Shown here piece by piece: positions 7,079 through 11,780 of a stretch of 11,780 nucleotides of DNA (position 1 is the first letter of the stretch; each line of letters starts with the position of its first letter). The position numbers were made by a program, and so were the translations under genes. Source of the stretch: an uncultured bacterium (GTDB lineage Bacteria; JAJVIF01; JAPKYR01); the NCBI GenBank assembly GCA_965369865.1, contig CBDURU010000112.1:1-11780 (forward strand), read 5' to 3'. Under the pieces are notes generated by a model. That model saw only the letters and a program-made list of their open reading frames with translations. It had not been told where the DNA came from and made no database searches.

Positions 7079-7954
7079 TTAATCGGGGTCCATGTTTTCC
7101 TGTGGTGGTAATTTATCCCTGACAAAATCGTGCAGGCTTTTAATTCGGGTTAAAAAGCTCTCCATTTTATCAAGCGGAATCATGTTGGTTTTATCCGACA
7201 TGGCTTCATCGACATTCGGATGGGTCTCGACGAAAAGGCCGTCGATACCCGCTCCGATCGCGGCACGAACAAGCGGTTCGATAAATTCCCGCTGCCCGCC
7301 CGTTGACGATCCCAGGCCGCCGGGAAGCTGTACCGAATGAGTTCCATCGAATACTACCGGACAGCCGTATGTCCGCATCACCGGGAAGGATTTCATATCG
7401 ACTACCAGGTTTCCGTACCCGAAAGACGATCCACGCTCGGTAAGCGTGAAATTGCGCTTCTTACCCCCTGCACTGAATCCATCTTCCGCCTTTCCAACGA
7501 TATTCAATGCGTCCCATGGGCTAAGGAACTGTCCCTTTTTTATGTTAACTGCCCTGCCGAATTTACACGCCGCATGTACGAGAGATGTCTGCCTGCAAAG
7601 GAAAGCGGGAATTTGTAAAACATCCACGATCTTTGCCGCGTACGCTACTTCCTGAACATCATGCACATCGGTTAGAACCGGTACGCCGATCTGGGTTTTA
7701 ACTAAATCCAGGATGCGTACACCTTCTTCAAGGCCCGGTCCGCGGAATGATTTAAACGACGAACGGTTCGCTTTATCGTAGGATGCCTTGAAGACATACA
7801 GGATTCCCAGCTTATCCGTAATCGCCTTGAGTTTCTCGGCGACAGTCAGACAAAGCTCCTCATCTTCGATTACACACGGCCCGGAATACAGAAATAACGG
7901 ATCCCCCGGATTCCATGTGTGCTCCCCAAGCCTGAGAGAAAATTTCGATGTCAT
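7079..7954 (-). CDS. kdsA: 3-deoxy-D-manno-octulosonate 8-phosphate (KDO8P) synthase, metal-dependent type
   Basis: 291 aa. GPCVIE, KASYDKANRSS, GPGLEEG, TDVH, QIPAFLCRQT, NIKKGQF, ERG.SFGYGNLVVDM, D.THSVQLPGG, GGQR, GLFVETHP, SD. The Cys in GPC plus His/Glu/Asp are the metal ligand set of metal-dependent KDO8P synthases. Confidence 0.97.
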   Translation of the reverse strand: MTSKFSLRLGEHTWNPGDPLFLYSGPCVIEDEELCLTVAEKLKAITDKLGILYVFKASYDKANRSSFKSFRGPGLEEGVRILDLVKTQIGVPVLTDVHDVQEVAYAAKIVDVLQIPAFLCRQTSLVHAACKFGRAVNIKKGQFLSPWDALNIVGKAEDGFSAGGKKRNFTLTERGSSFGYGNLVVDMKSFPVMRTYGCPVVFDGTHSVQLPGGLGSSTGGQREFIEPLVRAAIGAGIDGLFVETHPNVDEAMSDKTNMIPLDKMESFLTRIKSLHDFVRDKLPPQENMDPD

Positions 7955-7963
7955 AGTGGGGGA

Positions 7964-7972
7964 ATTATAGCA
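7964..7972 (-). promoter_or_regulatory. Extended -10 promoter (TGCTATAAT) for kdsA
   Basis: Plus-strand ATTATAGCA reads TG-C-TATAAT on the minus strand, a perfect extended -10, ending 9 nt before the kdsA ATG. Confidence 0.7.
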
Positions 7973-8064
7973 GACTTGAAAGGTTTTACAGGCTCCAGAC
8001 CGGCTTTGTCCTTTTCATTCAGGAACAATCATGGCGTTTTATCTCTGGAATTTAAGCTCCCCTC

Positions 8065-8073
8065 TGGTATACT
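8065..8073 (+). promoter_or_regulatory. Extended -10 promoter (TGGTATACT) for the DUF1599-ilvC-like cluster
   Basis: TG-G-TATACT, 33 nt upstream of ATG 8107, with a weak RBS AGGA at 8095-8098. Confidence 0.55.
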
Positions 8074-8106
8074 ACTTCCACCCTACTCGATCACAGGAAA
8101 CCATAA

Positions 8107-8415
8107 ATGGCGGTTGAAGATACCATCAGAATTTATAACGAAGTTGTTGCCGAAGCCCAGGAAATTCTCAGGGCCAAGGACCATGATTACGGTGAAAGCT
8201 GGCGTGATATGAGGATATCATCGATCACCGACCAGATACTTGTTAAAGTTAAAAGAATCCAGACGCTCGAAGAACTCGCCATGAAAGGCGAGCAGTCGAA
8301 GGTCGCGGAGGGTCGTGAATCGGAATATCGCGACATCATCAATTACGCTGTGTTCGCGATCATCAAGTTGAGGGAAGAGGTAACCCAAAAGGAATCGTCC
8401 ACGGGTACCTGTTAA
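8107..8415 (+). CDS. DUF1599 / nucleotide modification associated domain 1 protein (single domain)
   Basis: 102 aa, helical and acidic. K.HDYGESWRDMRISSITDQILVK..RI..LEE...KV.EG..SEY.DIINYAVFAIIKL matches my recollection of the DUF1599 pattern. Confidence 0.8.
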   Translation: MAVEDTIRIYNEVVAEAQEILRAKDHDYGESWRDMRISSITDQILVKVKRIQTLEELAMKGEQSKVAEGRESEYRDIINYAVFAIIKLREEVTQKESSTGTC

Positions 8416-8419
8416 CGCT

Positions 8420-9436
8420 ATGGATATCGAATCAGCCCCATATCGAACCTATCAAATGCCATCGCTTACCGGTCCGGATGGTCCGGTCGAAACTGTGGCG
8501 ATTATCGGATATGGCAACCAGGGGATTGCCCAGGCGCAAAATATCAGGGATAGCGGTCTTCCGGTAACGATCGGACTTCGGGAATCCAGCGCCAATCGTA
8601 AACGGGCCAAGTCCGATCTTTTTGATGTAGCTGATATTGAAACCGCATCCGCGAACGCATCCGCGATTTTCATACTTGTTCCCGATGAATTCCTCGGCGA
8701 AGCGGCGGGTATTGTCCAGGAGCACGCGAAATCCGGTTCAATAATTGTACTTGCACACGGGTTCAGCCTTCACTTTGAAAGATGGAAGCTGAAAGACGCA
8801 TTTGACTGCGGACTTATCGCTCCCCACGGTCCGGGAATTGAGGTCAGGCGGCTGTTCATCGAAGGCATGGGTGTTCCCGCGATACTGGCTGACATTCAGG
8901 ATGTCTCAGGCAACTGCAGAGATCGCCTCGAACTCCTTGCGGCTACTATCGGATGTGCTCGAATAGGGGCCGGGATACGCTGGAGTACGCTCAGGGAAGA
9001 GGTGGAAACGGATTTATTCGTTGAACAGGCACTGCTTGTCGGAGGCGTTATTGAATTACTTCGCGCGGTGGTGTCGACGATGGTCCGGGCTGGATACGAT
9101 CCGGCGATATGCAGGATGAGCACACTCTATGAACTTCCTCATATCACCTCTATCTACGAAGAACTAGGCCCTGCAAAAGCGTTTAAAGCGATCAGCCAGA
9201 CCGCCGCTTTCGGGGCCGCTACACGCGGTCCAAGGATTATTGACCAGCATACGCAAAGGTTGCTTGAGGATATGCTCGAGGAAATTCGCAACGGGACCTT
9301 CGTCAACGAACTCTTCAGCCCCGAAGCTCCCCTTATCCTTGATAACTACATCACCAAGCTCGAGGGCAGCAACCTTTCCAAATCTGACAGCCTTTTCCCG
9401 AAAGATAACGATGAAACTCCCGGACAGTCGGAATAA
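8420..9436 (+). CDS. ilvC: Ketol-acid reductoisomerase (class I, IlvC) family protein, divergent
   Basis: 338 aa. Rossmann IIGYGNQG.AQA.N.RDSG...GLR, LVPDE, LAHGF, AP(H)GPG..VR, GVPA, EE.ETDLF.EQ..L.GG, S.TA.FG...GPRII, EEIRNGTF. Family assignment is firm, but the exact activity is uncertain (see findings). Confidence 0.85.
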   Translation: MDIESAPYRTYQMPSLTGPDGPVETVAIIGYGNQGIAQAQNIRDSGLPVTIGLRESSANRKRAKSDLFDVADIETASANASAIFILVPDEFLGEAAGIVQEHAKSGSIIVLAHGFSLHFERWKLKDAFDCGLIAPHGPGIEVRRLFIEGMGVPAILADIQDVSGNCRDRLELLAATIGCARIGAGIRWSTLREEVETDLFVEQALLVGGVIELLRAVVSTMVRAGYDPAICRMSTLYELPHITSIYEELGPAKAFKAISQTAAFGAATRGPRIIDQHTQRLLEDMLEEIRNGTFVNELFSPEAPLILDNYITKLEGSNLSKSDSLFPKDNDETPGQSE

Positions 9437-9439
9437 ATT

Positions 9440-9865
9440 ATGTCTGAGGCAGATGAAAATACAGGCACCGATGATGAAGAGAAAATTGTTGAGTTCCCCA
9501 CAGATGATATCCGCATGCCGACCCAGCGGCTTCCCCGGGATCTCGGACGAATAGAAGATTCCCACCCACTCCGGAAACCTTTAAGAATTGCCATTGTTGT
9601 TTTAGGAATTTTTATCATGGTTGTGATCGTTTACGCTTTCATTACAACTCCACCGGCCGATCGGGAGGAGCCTGGATTCACATCGTTTGCGGAAAGCTAT
9701 CGTGAACCCGGCACAATCACCTATCTGGATCGGCGTATCGACGGGTGGTTCCTCGAGGAATCGCGGGAACATTTTATGGACCAGGACGGGAACAGGTATA
9801 CGTATGTGGATTCCCATATGCGAGAAGGCTTCCGGGTTATCGGCCACTGGCGATTGATAGAATAA
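9440..9865 (+). CDS. Hypothetical single-pass membrane protein
   Basis: 141 aa, 3 bp after the ilvC-like stop and filling the gap to the next promoter. Acidic N-terminus, basic RKPLR, then hydrophobic IAIVVLGIFIMVVIVYAFI (aa 50-68), then a ~70-aa aromatic-rich domain. Confidence 0.7.
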   Translation: MSEADENTGTDDEEKIVEFPTDDIRMPTQRLPRDLGRIEDSHPLRKPLRIAIVVLGIFIMVVIVYAFITTPPADREEPGFTSFAESYREPGTITYLDRRIDGWFLEESREHFMDQDGNRYTYVDSHMREGFRVIGHWRLIE

Positions 9866-9880
9866 TTCCCCGCCTGTTCG

Positions 9881-9909
9881 TTGATTTACTCCCTGTTTCA
9901 GATTACAAT
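9881..9909 (+). promoter_or_regulatory. Sigma70-type promoter for the aldehyde dehydrogenase
   Basis: TTGATT (9881-9886), 17-bp spacer, TACAAT (9904-9909). Strong RBS GGAGG at 9978-9982 before ATG 9988. Confidence 0.6.
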
Positions 9910-9987
9910 CCCGATCATACACCTCTTTACAACTACGTCTGGTAACGCACTTCTCACAAGTCGAGCGATTTTTCAGCGGAGGACATT

Positions 9988-11532
9988 ATGAACGATAGAT
10001 TTAAAAAAATTCTGGATGCCTGCGGAATCCGGGATGTAAATTCCGGGGTCTCTACTGGAGAGTGGATAGAGAATCCGTCCGGTAAGGACCTCGATGTTTT
10101 CACTCCCATCGATGGTTCTAAACTTGCCACGGTTAAAATGGCCGGAGAGGATGATTACGGAACCGTTATTAATAAAGCGCAACATGCGTTTAAAACATGG
10201 CGCATGATGCCTGCCCCGAAACGCGGTGAAATTGTCCGCCAGCTCGGAAACGCGCTTCGCGACAATGAGAAAATTCTCGGTGAACTCGTAGCACTCGAAA
10301 TGGGAAAAATCAAGGCCGAGGGAATCGGTGAAGTTGTCGAGATGATCGACATCTGCGACTTCTCTGTCGGGCTCTCACGCCAGCTCTGTGGGAAGACGAT
10401 GCATTCTGAACGTCCCGGCCACAGGATGTACGAACAGTGGCATCCGCTTGGCACCATCGGAATTATCTCCTCTTTTAATTTCCCGGTCGCAGTCTGGGCA
10501 TGGAACGCCGCGATCGCAGCGGCCTGCGGTGACACGATGATCTGGAAACCATCCAGCGAAACCCCGCTAACTGCGATCGCCATCCAGAATATCTGTAATG
10601 AATTAATGAAAAATAACGGTCTTGAGGGAATTTTCAACCTCATTGTCGGACGCGGCAGCACTATTGGTGAGAAATTAATCGCCGACAGGCGTATCCCGCT
10701 CGTATCAGCCACCGGTTCGTGCAGGATGGGTTACCGTATCGGCGAAGTGGTCGGTAAGCGTCTCGGACGGACTATCCTTGAACTAGGTGGAAACAACGCG
10801 ATTATCGTTATGGACGACGCGGACCTGGATCTCGCTCTCATGGGAGTCCTGTTCGGATCGGTTGGGACGGCAGGCCAGCGATGTACATCCACTCGACGGA
10901 TCATACTTCATGAAAAAATCTACGATCAGTTTCTCGATCGGCTGGTATCGGCTTATAAATCCGTTCCTATTGGAAATCCGCTGGACGATGGCATACTCAT
11001 GGGCCCCCTTGTGAACGCTAAAGCAGTCGAAACGATGCAGGCTGCGATTGGACGGATCAAAGGCGCAGGCGGAAATATCCTTTACGGTGGTGAGCCGATC
11101 ACCCTTGATGGGCTTGAAAATGGCCACTACGTCAAACCCTGTATCGCGACCGATCTCGATAACAAGGCGGACATCATCCAGGAGGAGACCTTCGCTCCCA
11201 TCCTGTACGCGTTGAAAATTGGTTCGATCGAGGAAGGGATCGAAATGCAGAACGATGTGCCGCAGGGACTCTCATCCGCATGTTTCACAACCAACCTTCT
11301 CGCCGGTGAAAAATTCCTGACACATTCAGGCTCGGACTGCGGTATCGCGAATTTGAATATCGGAACATCAGGCGCTGAGATCGGCGGAGCGTTTGGCGGT
11401 GAAAAAGAGACCGGTGGAGGTCGCGAAGCCGGGTCGGACTCCTGGAAAGCCTACATGCGCCGCCAGACAAATACGATCAACTGGACAACCGAGTTGCCGC
11501 TCGCGCAGGGAATCAAATTCAGTACGGATTGA
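9988..11532 (+). CDS. Aldehyde dehydrogenase family 7 (alpha-aminoadipic semialdehyde / piperideine-6-carboxylate dehydrogenase, antiquitin-like)
   Basis: 514 aa. PAPKRGEIVRQ, EMGKI..EG.GEV.EMIDICDF.VGLSRQL, SERPGHRMYEQWHPLG, FNFPVAVWAWN, WKPS, SATGS, catalytic LELGGNNA and GTAGQRCT, EETFAPILY, GSDCGIAN.NIGTSGAEIGGAFGGEKETGGGRE.GSD.WK.YMRRQT...LPLAQGIKF. Confidence 0.95.
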   Translation: MNDRFKKILDACGIRDVNSGVSTGEWIENPSGKDLDVFTPIDGSKLATVKMAGEDDYGTVINKAQHAFKTWRMMPAPKRGEIVRQLGNALRDNEKILGELVALEMGKIKAEGIGEVVEMIDICDFSVGLSRQLCGKTMHSERPGHRMYEQWHPLGTIGIISSFNFPVAVWAWNAAIAAACGDTMIWKPSSETPLTAIAIQNICNELMKNNGLEGIFNLIVGRGSTIGEKLIADRRIPLVSATGSCRMGYRIGEVVGKRLGRTILELGGNNAIIVMDDADLDLALMGVLFGSVGTAGQRCTSTRRIILHEKIYDQFLDRLVSAYKSVPIGNPLDDGILMGPLVNAKAVETMQAAIGRIKGAGGNILYGGEPITLDGLENGHYVKPCIATDLDNKADIIQEETFAPILYALKIGSIEEGIEMQNDVPQGLSSACFTTNLLAGEKFLTHSGSDCGIANLNIGTSGAEIGGAFGGEKETGGGREAGSDSWKAYMRRQTNTINWTTELPLAQGIKFSTD

Positions 11533-11555
11533 TAGTTTTGGACACAAAAATAAAT

Positions 11556-11593
11556 AGGACCTTTGGAGATTTCCTGTAAAGGTCCTTTTTTTT
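11556..11593 (+). terminator. Intrinsic terminator after the aldehyde dehydrogenase
   Basis: AGGACCTTT (11556-11564) pairs with AAAGGTCCT (11578-11586), followed by a T-run to 11593. A-rich 5' flank, so it may be bidirectional. Confidence 0.85.
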
Positions 11594-11664
11594 CTAATTT
11601 TTTAACCAATCCCGTTAATCATAGGAAAAATTAATCATTTTTGACCATCTATAAAACGACATGT

Positions 11665-11735
11665 CGTAGAACAGCACGGCCGTGCATCTTCCACCTTAAA
11701 ACAATACCAACGACGCACTGCCGGGCTGTTCTACG
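11665..11735. repeat. REP-like inverted doublet (24-bp arms with GTAG near each outer end)
   Basis: CGTAGAACAGCACGGCCGTGCATC (11665-11688) versus GACGCACTGCCGGGCTGTTCTACG (11712-11735): 21/24 complementary, 23-nt spacer. The left arm contains the perfect palindrome GCACGGCCGTGC (11674-11685). Confidence 0.75.
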
Positions 11736-11780
11736 GTTTTTTCATTTTCCACGTTATTCATATTCATCAGTAAACCTGTA

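Noticed and set aside
8107..8415. Prophage or DNA-modification island suggested by DUF1599
   Set aside because: No phage, integrase, kinase or thymidylate-synthase-like neighbours, and no obvious compositional shift or att-like repeats.

Overview
Bacterial chromosomal window of mostly housekeeping and metabolic genes, roughly 50% GC, with no phage, transposase, CRISPR or RNA gene that I can support. Layout: (+) pheS-pheT-ribD-ribE, then a convergent intergenic region (5633-5891) holding an unusual nested tandem/inverted repeat, then (-) kdsA and a class-V PLP enzyme, then a divergent promoter region, then (+) DUF1599 protein, a divergent ilvC-like gene and a single-TM hypothetical protein, then (+) an ALDH7-type aldehyde dehydrogenase with its own promoter and terminator, then a REP-like inverted repeat near the right edge. 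kdsA suggests a Kdo/LPS-producing diderm. I cannot demonstrate a new biological system. The best leads are the repeat element after ribE, the orphan IlvC homologue with active-site substitutions coupled to DUF1599, the REP-like doublet at the end, and an apparently leaderless kdsA transcript. All motif comparisons are from memory of family consensus, not from computed alignments.
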